Shown here piece by piece: positions 8,709 through 18,229 of a DNA stretch of 63,984 nucleotides (position 1 is the stretch's first letter; each line of letters starts with the position of its first letter). Below the pieces are notes generated by a model. The model was not told the DNA's origin, made no database searches, and saw nothing but the letters and a program-made list of their open reading frames with translations. The stretch is from the IMG/VR virus record IMGVR_UViG_3300035002_000032, positions 1-63,984 of that record; one strand, given 5' to 3'. The stretch comes from a virus (lineage: Duplodnaviria; Caudoviricetes). The position numbers were made by a program, and so were the translations under genes.

Positions 8709-9668
8709 ATGACCTCCATGTCAAAGGAATTCGTGCCTGACGCGTACATGATACGTACTACCGACAAGGACGGTAAGGCGTATGGCGGCTTTCAGTGGCC
8801 AACAGAAGTTGGTGCTATTGTCGAAGCGCCCGACTGGAACGGCGCCGCCATTTGCGGATACGGTCTCCATGGGCTGTTGGACGGGAACGGCAATTGGGGT
8901 TTGCTGTCGCAAGACGGCGATGCACTGTGGTGGGTGATCGGCGTCCTGCGCTCCGAATGCGTCGAGATCGATAGCGAGAAACACAAGGCCCCGCGTTGTC
9001 GAGTGGAGTACGTCGGCAATATGGCCAATGCGATGACCATTATTTCTCGCCACCGCCAAGCGGAAATTTGGAAGAACGCTAAGGCTTCGGAGGACACACA
9101 AGCCACGACAGGAGACCGCGCGCCTGCCGCCACGACAGGAGACCGCGCGCCTGCCGCCACGACGGGAGAGGGCGCGCCTGCCGCCACGACAGGAGACCGC
9201 GCGCCTGCCGCCACGACAGGAGACCGCGCGCCTGCCGCCACGACAGGAGACCGCGCGCCTGCCGCCACGACGGGAGAGGGCGCGCCTGCCGCCACGACGG
9301 GAGAGGGCGCGCCTGCCGCCACGACGGGAGACTACGCGCCTGCCGCCACGACGGGAGACTACGCGCCTGCCGCCACGACGGGAGACCGCGCGCCTGCCGC
9401 CACGACAGGAGACTACGCGCCTGCCGCCACGACGGGAGACCGCGCGCCTGCCGCCACGACGGGAGAGGGCGCGATAGCAGCGGCTCTTGGCGCTGCGGGC
9501 ACGGCCTCTGCATCTGCCGGCGGCGCAATCATGCTAGCGGCGTTCGACACGACGGTTTGGCCTTACAAGCTCATAGCCGTGCGGGCGTCCATGGTCGGCG
9601 AGAATGGTATCGAACCAGGCAAGACCTATCGCCTGACTGTCGCAGGGGAATTTGAGGAGGTGCGCTAA
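8709..9668 (+). CDS. Phage protein with a 9-aa tandem-repeat (probable beta-solenoid) core
   Basis: N-terminal YGGFQW...CGYGLHG, (ATTGxxAPA)14, C-terminal VGENGIEPGKTYRL. Confidence 0.8.
   Translation: MTSMSKEFVPDAYMIRTTDKDGKAYGGFQWPTEVGAIVEAPDWNGAAICGYGLHGLLDGNGNWGLLSQDGDALWWVIGVLRSECVEIDSEKHKAPRCRVEYVGNMANAMTIISRHRQAEIWKNAKASEDTQATTGDRAPAATTGDRAPAATTGEGAPAATTGDRAPAATTGDRAPAATTGDRAPAATTGEGAPAATTGEGAPAATTGDYAPAATTGDYAPAATTGDRAPAATTGDYAPAATTGDRAPAATTGEGAIAAALGAAGTASASAGGAIMLAAFDTTVWPYKLIAVRASMVGENGIEPGKTYRLTVAGEFEEVR
9102..9479 (+). repeat. 14 copies of a 27-bp coding tandem repeat
   Basis: Unit GCCACGACRGGAGAnnnCGCGCCTGCC, three variants encoding DR, EG or DY. Confidence 0.95.
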
Positions 9669-9932
9669 GGGAATGGAACACCTCATTCTCCCCGAAGACG
9701 ACGAACCGCCACACCAGTCGCACTCGCTGCGCAATGCGGCTATCGCCGCGGTGCTTATCGCGGTAGCCGTAGTCTTTTTCTATTACTTCCCGTGGGGCGC
9801 CTTGGGCTTCACCGCAGGCATCTTCACGGCCATGTGGTTTGCGGAATGACCGCACCAGATCCGCGGCCGTTGATGTTTTGGTGGTCAGCATTGGTGCTGG
9901 CCGCACTTATCGCAACATGGGTACTGCAATAG

Positions 9933-10760
9933 ATGGCAATCCCTCTTAGCTCACTTAGGACGACTACCAAGCGTAAGCATCCACCGGTTATCGCCGTGTA
10001 CGGCACTGGTGGTATTGGCAAGACGACGCTTGCAAGCGAGTTCCCTGACCCGCTGTACCTGTTCACGGAAGGCGAAGAGCCGCCGACCGACATTGAAATG
10101 CCGACACTGCAGAACGACGATGGTGAGCCGAAGGCCATTGGTTCATTCTCCGAACTGCTGGACGTTTTTGAGCAGTTGCTGACGGAGGAACACGGCTTCC
10201 GCACTGTGATCGTCGACAGCCTGGACGCCCTCGAAAAGCTCGTTTGGGCGCACACCTGCGGCCGCATGGGATGGGACACCATCGACAGCAACGACAAAGG
10301 GTCGCCGACAGCGTTCGGCAAAGGCTACCTCGAGGCCGACAACGATTGGAACGACTTCGTGTTGGCTGTCCGCGCGCTGGCCAAGAGAGGCCTGCATGTT
10401 GTGCTTATCCTGCATAGCGAGGTGAAGGCGCACAATGATCCGATTGTGGACTCTTACGATCGCTACCGCCCGAAGCTTCAGCGGCGGGCAGCGGACATCA
10501 TCATGGAGAAAAGCGACGCGCTGCTGTTCATGAACAAGCGGGCATCAATCAAGCAGGTGTCAAAGGCGTTCAGCAAGGAGAAGGAGTCCAAGCCGGAAGG
10601 CATGTCTGGCGCCGAGCGTGTCATCTACACGGATGAGCGGGCGGGCTTTTTGGCCAAGAACCGCATGAACATGCCCGCATCCATTCCGTACAAGAAGGGC
10701 AAGGGATTCGAGGAACTGTCGAAGTATTTTTATGCCGATGGTCCGAAGGAGGCTGCGTGA
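9933..10760 (+). CDS. AAA-family ATPase (Sak4-like recombination protein)
   Basis: YGTGGIGKTT, VIVDSLD, FGKGY, AKNR motifs. Confidence 0.85.
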   Translation: MAIPLSSLRTTTKRKHPPVIAVYGTGGIGKTTLASEFPDPLYLFTEGEEPPTDIEMPTLQNDDGEPKAIGSFSELLDVFEQLLTEEHGFRTVIVDSLDALEKLVWAHTCGRMGWDTIDSNDKGSPTAFGKGYLEADNDWNDFVLAVRALAKRGLHVVLILHSEVKAHNDPIVDSYDRYRPKLQRRAADIIMEKSDALLFMNKRASIKQVSKAFSKEKESKPEGMSGAERVIYTDERAGFLAKNRMNMPASIPYKKGKGFEELSKYFYADGPKEAA

Positions 10761-10948
10761 TGGAAGTGGTCTATGAACTACGTGCTCGCTTCGGCGATGA
10801 ATGCGAAGACATCGTTGCATCGGAGCACGATGACGATCGGCTGCAGTTAGAGCAAGGCGGCGAGGTGCTCGTCATACCCAAGGCGCACGCTGCCGTATTC
10901 ATGGAGCGGCTCGCAACATGGGTATCCACTGGTGGGAGGGTCGCGTGA
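10757..10948 (+). CDS. Hypothetical protein
   Basis: Coupled small ORF with GGAGG RBS. Confidence 0.5.
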   Translation: MMEVVYELRARFGDECEDIVASEHDDDRLQLEQGGEVLVIPKAHAAVFMERLATWVSTGGRVA

Positions 10949-11256
10949 TGTGCGTCGTGAGCATGGTTAGTGACCACTACGCCGAGAAGTGGCGCAGGCT
11001 GCCTTGGTCCGAGCCTTTCCCTGTAATTGACTGGCCGCACAGCCCGCAGGCACCGCTCGCCGTCACCCGTGAGGAATTCGACGCCCTCAAGCGGGACGTC
11101 GAGGGAATGAAGGCACTGCTTAAGCGCGCCAAGGAATACGACGAGCGCAACGGCGAGCCGGATTGTGAGGTCGACGAGAAGATGGACCTGATCCGGCGTG
11201 TTGCCGCAGCGGTTGGTGTCGACCTGGACGACGTGATTGGCGCAGCCAAGAAGTAA
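10948..11256 (+). CDS. Hypothetical protein
   Basis: MCVVSMVSDHY...EPDC..DEK pattern; coupled. Confidence 0.65.
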   Translation: MCVVSMVSDHYAEKWRRLPWSEPFPVIDWPHSPQAPLAVTREEFDALKRDVEGMKALLKRAKEYDERNGEPDCEVDEKMDLIRRVAAAVGVDLDDVIGAAKK

Positions 11257-11277
11257 TCAACGAGAGGAACACGATCT

Positions 11278-11862
11278 ATGGCTAAACTTGGAACTACCAT
11301 TCGCCCGCACGATCACGACACAGAGCAGCAGGACTTCGAACTGCTGCCGGACGGCATCTATCGCCTGGAGGTATCTGCCAGCGACGTCAAGAAGGACGAT
11401 GATGGCAATACGGTCGCGAACTTCACGATCGAAGTGGTTGAGCCGGAGGATTTTGCGAAGCGAAGGTTCTTCACTTGGGTCGACATCGAGCATCGGGAGG
11501 CGGAAAAGCAGGCACGCGGACAGCGGGAAATCTCCAAAATGTCCCGCGCCATGTTTGGTGCTGATGCGCCGGAAAACATCGACGACTCCGAGGAGCTGCA
11601 CTTCCGAACGTTCACTGCGCGGGTGAAGAGAAACGAGGCGGGCGTTAGCAAGGCTGGCCGCCCGTACAAGGCCAAGAACAGCATCTCGAAATATTTCTAC
11701 TCGGACGAGGGAGAACTTCCGGAGCCTGAAATCTTCGCCACTCAGCCGGCAACCACCCGCACCGCACCCGCGAACGACAACCGTCAGGCGCCCGCCAATG
11801 ACAATCGGGCTGCTGCGCGGCCGGCGGCAGCTGCGGCTGGCTCGAAGCCGTGGAGGAAGTGA
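11278..11862 (+). CDS. DUF669-like single-stranded DNA-binding protein
   Basis: FELLPDGIY start, flexible tail ending KPWRK; follows the Sak4-like gene; tail has two ANDN copies. Confidence 0.75.
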   Translation: MAKLGTTIRPHDHDTEQQDFELLPDGIYRLEVSASDVKKDDDGNTVANFTIEVVEPEDFAKRRFFTWVDIEHREAEKQARGQREISKMSRAMFGADAPENIDDSEELHFRTFTARVKRNEAGVSKAGRPYKAKNSISKYFYSDEGELPEPEIFATQPATTRTAPANDNRQAPANDNRAAARPAAAAAGSKPWRK

Positions 11863-12251
11863 TGGGAAAGCTCAAAATAGCAGCGGCAGCCCTGGCTCTG
11901 GCGGCTCTGGCGGGTTGCGCGGCTGACGCCGATGTCGCCTCCAGCAACCTGTCCAAGGCTGCCGACATGTTCCAGATCAACCGCAGGGTTGTCTTCTACA
12001 ACGGCATTACGGACAGCTACATGCTAACTATCGAGGGTCGTTGCTCCCTCGGCAACAACGACGACCCGAAGGAACTTACGGTCACCTGCAAGACGGGCGC
12101 CAACGAGTTCAAAAAGCACTTTCTCGGGCTGTCCGACAACGTGACCTATTTCGTTGAACAGATCGACGGAGCGAACGTCAGCACCTACCACTACAAGGTT
12201 ATTTTCAAGCCGCAGACGATCATTCCCGACGTAGACCTTAGCGTCGGCTAA
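11862..12251 (+). CDS. Conserved phage lipoprotein
   Basis: Lipobox LAGC; ADVASSNLSKAADMF...RRVVFYNGITD family signature. Confidence 0.8.
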   Translation: MGKLKIAAAALALAALAGCAADADVASSNLSKAADMFQINRRVVFYNGITDSYMLTIEGRCSLGNNDDPKELTVTCKTGANEFKKHFLGLSDNVTYFVEQIDGANVSTYHYKVIFKPQTIIPDVDLSVG

Positions 12252-12270
12252 CCCGCAAGGTGGTGAGCTG

Positions 12271-12296
12271 CGGCGGCGCGAATGCCGCCGGTTTTT
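12271..12296 (+). terminator. Probable intrinsic terminator
   Basis: CGGCGGC-gcgaat-GCCGCCG followed by GTTTTT. Confidence 0.6.
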
Positions 12297-12316
12297 CCAA
12301 CTGAATGGAGTGTGCA

Positions 12317-13141
12317 ATGGCTTATAAAGCCGAACGCAAGCAGATTTTCGTAGCGGGCGGAGCGGTGACCAGCGTCTTTACGGGCGCAAAAATCAACGAC
12401 GTTGACGTGTACTTCAAGAGCCGCCGCGCGTTTGAGACTGGCGTTTATCAGTCATACGAAGACGGGCTGTGGTGCGTGGCTGCTAGCAAGCGCGCGGTCA
12501 CCTTCGCAGACCAAGGCGGCAACATTGCTCAGTTGATGCACTTTGACTATTTCCCAACCGCGCACGACATCTTCAAGGCGTTCGATTACACCATATGCAT
12601 GGGTGCGCTGGATCTGGATGCCGGGCCGAAAACCGTGTACAATCCGGGCAATCTCCAGTTCGTGACGATTGGCGACGAGCACCCGGAGTCTGGCTTTGTC
12701 TTTCACCCGGATTTTCTGAAGCACAACAGCCAGCGATTCCTGAAGTTCAATGCAGGCACCCGCTATCCATTGGCGTCGGCGGGCCGCGTTCTGAAATACC
12801 AGCAGCGCGGGTACACCATTGGCAAGGGCGATATCATGAAGATCGCGCTCGCCGTGCGTGGTATCGACATCAATTCATGGGACGACCTCAAGGACCAAAT
12901 TGGCGGAGCCTACGGCGACAAGGTTGTATTCGAAAAGGAAGACACGCCGTTCACACTTGAGGCGGCGATCGAGGCACTGACTGTGGAGGACGCAGAAAGT
13001 GAACCTTGGGCACAGCCGGCAAACGACAACATGCCCGGCGATGCGGAGGCGCTGCTTCGGCACATTGCCGATTTAAATGGAACTGAATTCGTGGCGCCGG
13101 AACTCGATGAGGACGGCTGGCCAAAGAAGTTAGCGGCGTAG
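12317..13141 (+). CDS. Pol-beta-superfamily nucleotidyltransferase (CCA/poly(A) polymerase head-like)
   Basis: FVAGGAVTS...NDVDVYF (GG plus DxD), FDYTIC, RVLKYQQRGY. Confidence 0.7.
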   Translation: MAYKAERKQIFVAGGAVTSVFTGAKINDVDVYFKSRRAFETGVYQSYEDGLWCVAASKRAVTFADQGGNIAQLMHFDYFPTAHDIFKAFDYTICMGALDLDAGPKTVYNPGNLQFVTIGDEHPESGFVFHPDFLKHNSQRFLKFNAGTRYPLASAGRVLKYQQRGYTIGKGDIMKIALAVRGIDINSWDDLKDQIGGAYGDKVVFEKEDTPFTLEAAIEALTVEDAESEPWAQPANDNMPGDAEALLRHIADLNGTEFVAPELDEDGWPKKLAA

Positions 13142-13216
13142 CCTTTCCGCCGCCTGGCCGTGGGTGCTACCAACAGCCACGGCCACCCCATCCAACCCCA
13201 CAACCCGGAGCATCCA

Positions 13217-14272
13217 ATGCGCCTTAGCATCGAGCGCAATGACCTTCTGCGTCTGCTCACCAGCACGACCAAGGTCGTCGAGGCACGCAATACCATCCCG
13301 ATCCTGTCCACGGTGCGCCTGGTTGCGGACGGCAACAAGCTCACCGCCACCGCGACTGACCTTGACATTGAAATCACCGCGTCGACGCCGGTCATGGCTG
13401 AGGCGGGCGGCGGTGTGTGTGTTGAGGCGCGGCTGTTGGAGAACATCGTCAAGAAGCTGCCTGCGAGCGCCAACGTGCTGCTTTCCGTCGAGGACAAGAA
13501 CCTTGTCGTCAAGGCCGGCCGCTCGCGGTTCGTTCTGCAGTTCCTGCCCGTGTCCGACTTCCCCGACATGAGCGCCGGCAAGTTTGCGTCCGAGTTCAAG
13601 ACAAACTTGGCCGCGCTTCTGGCGCCCGTCAAGTTCGCGATGTCGAACGAAGAGACGCGTTACTATCTGTGCGGCGTGTTTCTGCATGTCAATGGCGGCC
13701 AGCTTGTAGCAGTAGCCACGGACGGCCATAGGCTTTCGATCAACAAGACAGAGAGTGTTGGCGACATCCCACCAGTCATCCTGCCGAGCAAGTTCATCGG
13801 GCTTGTCCCTGATGGCCAGGTGGATGTGTCTCTGTCCGACACCAAGGTGCGCATCACTACCGCCGATGCGGTAATTACGTCCAAACTGATTGACGGCACA
13901 TACCCCGACTACCAGCGCGTTGTCCCGACCAGCATCGAGCGTGTCGTGGCCGTCGATGGGCAGGCGCTCGCCGCTGCTGCTGACCGTGCTTCTGTCGTGT
14001 CTGACATGCGGACGCCTACTGCAAAGTTGTCCGTGTCGACCAACTCCATCGAAGTGTTTGTGCGCGGCGATAACACCGCAGAAGACACCGTAGAGGCTGA
14101 GTACGATGGCGAGCCGTTCTCGGTAGGCTACAACGCCCGATACATGGCCGAAGCCTTGGCTGCGCTACCCGCTGGCTACGTGCGGTTTGCGATGGACCCA
14201 ACGGGGCCGGCGCTTATCAAGAGCGATGCCGCTCCAGACCAGCTTGTCGTTCTTATGCCGCAGCGTGTTTGA
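13217..14272 (+). CDS. dnaN: DNA polymerase III beta sliding clamp
   Basis: RNTIPILS, ATDLDI, ETRYYLCGV, ATDGHRL, GTYPDY, LMPQRV. Confidence 0.95.
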   Translation: MRLSIERNDLLRLLTSTTKVVEARNTIPILSTVRLVADGNKLTATATDLDIEITASTPVMAEAGGGVCVEARLLENIVKKLPASANVLLSVEDKNLVVKAGRSRFVLQFLPVSDFPDMSAGKFASEFKTNLAALLAPVKFAMSNEETRYYLCGVFLHVNGGQLVAVATDGHRLSINKTESVGDIPPVILPSKFIGLVPDGQVDVSLSDTKVRITTADAVITSKLIDGTYPDYQRVVPTSIERVVAVDGQALAAAADRASVVSDMRTPTAKLSVSTNSIEVFVRGDNTAEDTVEAEYDGEPFSVGYNARYMAEALAALPAGYVRFAMDPTGPALIKSDAAPDQLVVLMPQRV

Positions 14273-14607
14273 GGACCAACAACGACATGGACAAAGACGT
14301 TGAAACGCTTGTGCGGCTTGCAATCGAGCAACTGCGCGACGGCAGGCCGGAAGACGCGCTGCTTACGCTGGAGCGGACGGCGGATCCGAAGTGGCAGGAG
14401 CGGGAAGAATGCGAGATAGCGCTGTTGTGGGCCAAATCGTGACACCAGCAACCCAACTCGAGATAGCCGCGCAGTGGCTGCGTGAAGGCGCCATAGCGCT
14501 GCGCGGCAAGGCGCCTGCCGCAGATTGAACCGTGTTGCGGACGATTGCGAACGGGCGGCAGGCGTTGAGCCGAAGGGCGATGATTGGTTGAAGGATAGGA
14601 GGAAGCG

Positions 14608-14811
14608 GTGATGAAAATAATTGGCGTTGACAATTTTGCTCGTGAGACTGTCGCCGATCTGCTTGTCTGCGAAAACGTCGCCAACGACTACGTGGGGGGT
14701 ATAATGGTTGGCGCGCTAAACGACAAACTTGGTGGCGAACATGCAAGCCGCTATTTCAAACTAGTGCCTGCCGGCCACAAGTTATGGCGCGGTATGGAGG
14801 AGCTTGTTTAA
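14608..14811 (+). CDS. Hypothetical protein
   Basis: MKIIGVDNFARETVAD small-phage-protein pattern; AGGAGG RBS. Confidence 0.6.
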   Translation: MMKIIGVDNFARETVADLLVCENVANDYVGGIMVGALNDKLGGEHASRYFKLVPAGHKLWRGMEELV

Positions 14812-15756
14812 TTGGCCCCCCTCCCACGCCCAACGCCATCAACCGTCCGCGCCATCTACGCTGCTTATGAGGCTGCAAACGAGCATTACGACTCGCTCGG
14901 CATCAGCGTTGGCATAGCGAACACGGAATGCGATCGCGCTTTGTGGTACGCCTTCCGGTGGGCTAGCCAGCCGGAACAGATTGACGGCCGCAAGCTGTCA
15001 ATCTTCCGAACGGGTGACCGATGGGAAGAGGTTCTTGTCTCGGACCTCGAACGCATTGGCGTCGAGGTTTACGGGCAGCAGGATCGCATCCGCCTGGTTG
15101 GCGGGCACGTCCGCGGCAAGTGTGACGGCAAGGGGATTGGCCTGCCGGAGGCACCTAAGACGGAGCACCTTTTCGAGTTCAAGTCGTCCAACGACAAGAA
15201 CTTTAAGGAGATCGCGAAGAAGGGCTGCAGGGAAGCGAAGCCGCTTCACTATGGTCAGTGCCAGCTTGGCATGCACATGTTCGGCTTGACGCGTGCGGGG
15301 TATCTCGTCGTGAACAAGAACGATGACGGGCGGTATTTCGAGCGCATCGAGTACGACGCTGTATGGACCTTGCGGCTGCTGGCGCGGCTTGAACGCATAA
15401 TCAATGCGCCGGAGCCGCCAAGCCGCATGAGCGAAGACCCGGAGTTTTTCAAGTGTCGGTTCTGCGACCACAAGGCGGTATGCCACGAAGGCGCCTGGCC
15501 GCGAGTGACTTGCCGGTCCTGTCTGCACTCCACGCCTGAAATGGGTGGTGACGCCCACTGGTCATGCGCTCGATGGGCAAAACCTCTTGGCGTCGAGGAG
15601 CAGAAGGTTGCTTGCCCCGCTCACCTCCACATTCCAGCGCTGGTGCCAGGCGAGTTGATTGATAGCGATGAGGCTGCGGAGACGGTCACTTATGCCCTAC
15701 ATAACGGCAAAACATGGACGGATGGTGCAAGTGATCAAGCGCAAAACGCCGGCTGA
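14812..15756 (+). CDS. Cas4-like PD-(D/E)xK exonuclease
   Basis: ECDRALWY, GKCDG, EFKS, QCQLGM, CxxC clusters. Confidence 0.85.
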   Translation: MAPLPRPTPSTVRAIYAAYEAANEHYDSLGISVGIANTECDRALWYAFRWASQPEQIDGRKLSIFRTGDRWEEVLVSDLERIGVEVYGQQDRIRLVGGHVRGKCDGKGIGLPEAPKTEHLFEFKSSNDKNFKEIAKKGCREAKPLHYGQCQLGMHMFGLTRAGYLVVNKNDDGRYFERIEYDAVWTLRLLARLERIINAPEPPSRMSEDPEFFKCRFCDHKAVCHEGAWPRVTCRSCLHSTPEMGGDAHWSCARWAKPLGVEEQKVACPAHLHIPALVPGELIDSDEAAETVTYALHNGKTWTDGASDQAQNAG

Positions 15757-16249
15757 CGTTAACATCGCAGACCGACCCGCAGAGTTTGATAAGCGGGTGG
15801 TCGCCCATATCCCGATGCTGCGCAAGTTAGCCGAGCGCTACTGCCATCGGAACGAATGGGATGAAGTCGTGCAAGAGACTGTCGAGTCCGCGCTTATGGC
15901 TTGGGAGAAATTCCGGCCTGAGGGGAGTTTCCATAGGTGGCTATATTGGCGCTTTCGCGGTGTTACGCGCCAACGCGGTTCCGATGACGGCAAGCGGCGC
16001 GCGCTGATCAGGGAAGACCCGGAAGGACTTGCCGCAGCGCGCGCCTCAACGCCGGCTAGACAGGAGGAAATCGTCTTCACGACCGAAGTGCTGCGTAAGC
16101 TGTCGCGCAGCCGTGAGGGGCGTATGCTTGTTCGCGCAGCCTCTGGCGAGACATACGGCGATATCGGCAGAAAGCGCGGCATTGGCGGTGAGCGCGTCAG
16201 GCAACTGTGCGAGCGTGCGCGCGAGAAGATTAGCAAAGTGGCGGCTTAA
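15722..16249 (+). CDS. Sigma-70/ECF-like sigma factor
   Basis: Region 2-like DEVVQET..AWEKF..SFHRW; region 4 HTH TYGDIG..GIGGERVRQ. Confidence 0.7.
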   Translation: MVQVIKRKTPADVNIADRPAEFDKRVVAHIPMLRKLAERYCHRNEWDEVVQETVESALMAWEKFRPEGSFHRWLYWRFRGVTRQRGSDDGKRRALIREDPEGLAAARASTPARQEEIVFTTEVLRKLSRSREGRMLVRAASGETYGDIGRKRGIGGERVRQLCERAREKISKVAA

Positions 16250-16251
16250 CC

Positions 16252-18006
16252 ATGCCCCTCAGATACTACCAGCGAGAGGCGGTAGACGCGATCTTTGACT
16301 ATTGGCGCGAGACGCCAGGCCACCCGCTTGTCGTGGCCGCCACAGGTACCGGCAAGTCGATCATGCAGGCATCATCGACTTGCGAACTGCTGGACGGCTG
16401 GAGCGACATGCGCATCATGAACACCACTCACGTTGTTGAGTTGGTGGAGGGCAACTTTAAGGAGCTTATTGGCCTTCGGCCGTTTGCGCCCGCCGGCATT
16501 GGGGCGTCTTCACTTGGACGTCAGGATTACCACGCGCAGGTATTATTCTCGCAACTGCAGACTGTCCACAGCAAGGCGCGCCAGATTGGCCATGTAGACG
16601 TGCTTCAGATTGATGAGGCGCATCTTGTGCCCTTCAAGCAAGCTACGATGTATCGCCGACTGATTGATGACCTTATGGCCATCAATCCGGACATGAAAAT
16701 CAACGGCTTTACAGCCACGGATTACCGGCTTGACGGGGGGCGTCTAACCGAAGGCGACGGCAAGTTGTTCGATGCTGTTGTTTACGACTATGGCATCCGC
16801 CGCGGCATCGACGATGGCTATCTGACGCCGATCACCAGCAAGCCAGTTGACACAAACTACGACATAACCGGCGTAGGTCGGTCTATGGGCGAGTATAAGG
16901 CGAGCGATTACCGTGCCGCCGTAGACACGGACGAACTCAACCGTCGTGTTGTGCAAGAGGTTTTAGATACGGAGGGCCATCGCAAGAAGGCACTCATTTT
17001 CTGCCGAGGAATCGAGCATGCCGCGCGCGTTCGGGACGAATTCAAGCGGCAAGGACGAGCGGTTGAATTGGTCCATGGCGGGACGCCATCAGGCGAGCGC
17101 AGGAGGCTAATCGAGGATCTGAAAAGCGGCAAACTGTGGGGGTTGGTCAACGATAACATCCTCTCGACAGGCACCAATATCGTTGGCGTTGATTTGATTG
17201 TTGACCTGTATCGAACGATGTCCGCAGGCCGCTACGTCCAGCGCGTCGGGAGAATGACCCGCGTTGTCTATCCGCCTGGCTTTGACCCTGAGTCGGTTGA
17301 TGCCGCTGCGCGACGGGCGGCCATTGCATCATATCTGAAGCCGAATGGCCGATATATGGATTTTGCCGGCAACATATCCGAACACGGGCCGGTTGACATG
17401 GTGCAGCCAAGAAAGCCGGGAAGCGGCAGCGGCGAGGCGCCAATTAAGTTGTGCCCGAACTGCGAGGAGCAGTGCCACGCTTCAGCGCGCATCTGTCATT
17501 GCTGCGACCATGAATTCGTCTTTGAGGAAAAGCCAAAGTTTGCAGAGAGGCCGACCGACGCTCCGATCCTGTCGACAGAAACTGCGGCCTGGCGCCCGGT
17601 CACCAGCCGATCGTTCCGCTTTCATGAGGGGAAGGGCGAAAACCCGCCAAGCGTGAAGGTCACGTACATGTGCGGGCTGACAACGATCAACGAGTGGCTT
17701 TGTCCCCAACACCATGAGCACCCAAACCCGAAGAGCCGCGGCTATCCGACATCCAAGGCTCAAAGATATTGGGCGCAGCACGGCGGGCAGAGGCCGTTCC
17801 CGCGCACCGTTTTGGAGTGGCTTGAGCGTCAGAACGAACTGCTTGTTACGGATGAAATCCAAGTCGAGCCGGACGGCAAGTATTGGAAGCCGCGAGACTA
17901 CAAACCCGGCACCGAACGGCAGTTTGCGGCCGATAACGACAATGGGCGGCCGGCGGATAATGATAACGATTGGAGGCATGAGTTAGATGACGACATCCCC
18001 TTCTGA
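16252..18006 (+). CDS. SF2 DEAH helicase (YejH/RadD-like) with Zn ribbon
   Basis: LRYYQ, ATGTGKS, DEAH, TAT, QRVGR, CxxC; ends DDDIPF. Confidence 0.9.
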   Translation: MPLRYYQREAVDAIFDYWRETPGHPLVVAATGTGKSIMQASSTCELLDGWSDMRIMNTTHVVELVEGNFKELIGLRPFAPAGIGASSLGRQDYHAQVLFSQLQTVHSKARQIGHVDVLQIDEAHLVPFKQATMYRRLIDDLMAINPDMKINGFTATDYRLDGGRLTEGDGKLFDAVVYDYGIRRGIDDGYLTPITSKPVDTNYDITGVGRSMGEYKASDYRAAVDTDELNRRVVQEVLDTEGHRKKALIFCRGIEHAARVRDEFKRQGRAVELVHGGTPSGERRRLIEDLKSGKLWGLVNDNILSTGTNIVGVDLIVDLYRTMSAGRYVQRVGRMTRVVYPPGFDPESVDAAARRAAIASYLKPNGRYMDFAGNISEHGPVDMVQPRKPGSGSGEAPIKLCPNCEEQCHASARICHCCDHEFVFEEKPKFAERPTDAPILSTETAAWRPVTSRSFRFHEGKGENPPSVKVTYMCGLTTINEWLCPQHHEHPNPKSRGYPTSKAQRYWAQHGGQRPFPRTVLEWLERQNELLVTDEIQVEPDGKYWKPRDYKPGTERQFAADNDNGRPADNDNDWRHELDDDIPF

Positions 18007-18226
18007 GATTATCGCGAACGAACTGCGGGGTAGCCTTAATGGTTACGCATCCGCTCCGTCGTTGGCTGCACAAGTCGTAGCAGGACTGAACACCGCAGGC
18101 TACATCATCGTAGAGAAGGGCAGTATTGGACGCGCGCAACGCGAGGCTGTTGCCGCATATAGGGAGGACCGCCCGCGGCATTATGACCGCCATGGCTACT
18201 GTGACAATCCGGCGCGGGGGTACTGA
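17987..18226 (+). CDS. Hypothetical protein
   Basis: Ends HYDRHGYCDNPARGY; lies in operon. Confidence 0.5.
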   Translation: MTTSPSEIIANELRGSLNGYASAPSLAAQVVAGLNTAGYIIVEKGSIGRAQREAVAAYREDRPRHYDRHGYCDNPARGY

Positions 18227-18229
18227 GAT

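Noticed and set aside
9102-9479. Possible CRISPR array
   Set aside because: Units are contiguous 27-mers without unique spacers and encode an in-frame 9-aa repeat
14812-15756. Cas4-like gene (and the Cas2-like gene at 50061) as a CRISPR-Cas system
   Set aside because: No array, cas1 or effector genes; the exonuclease sits in a standard phage recombination module
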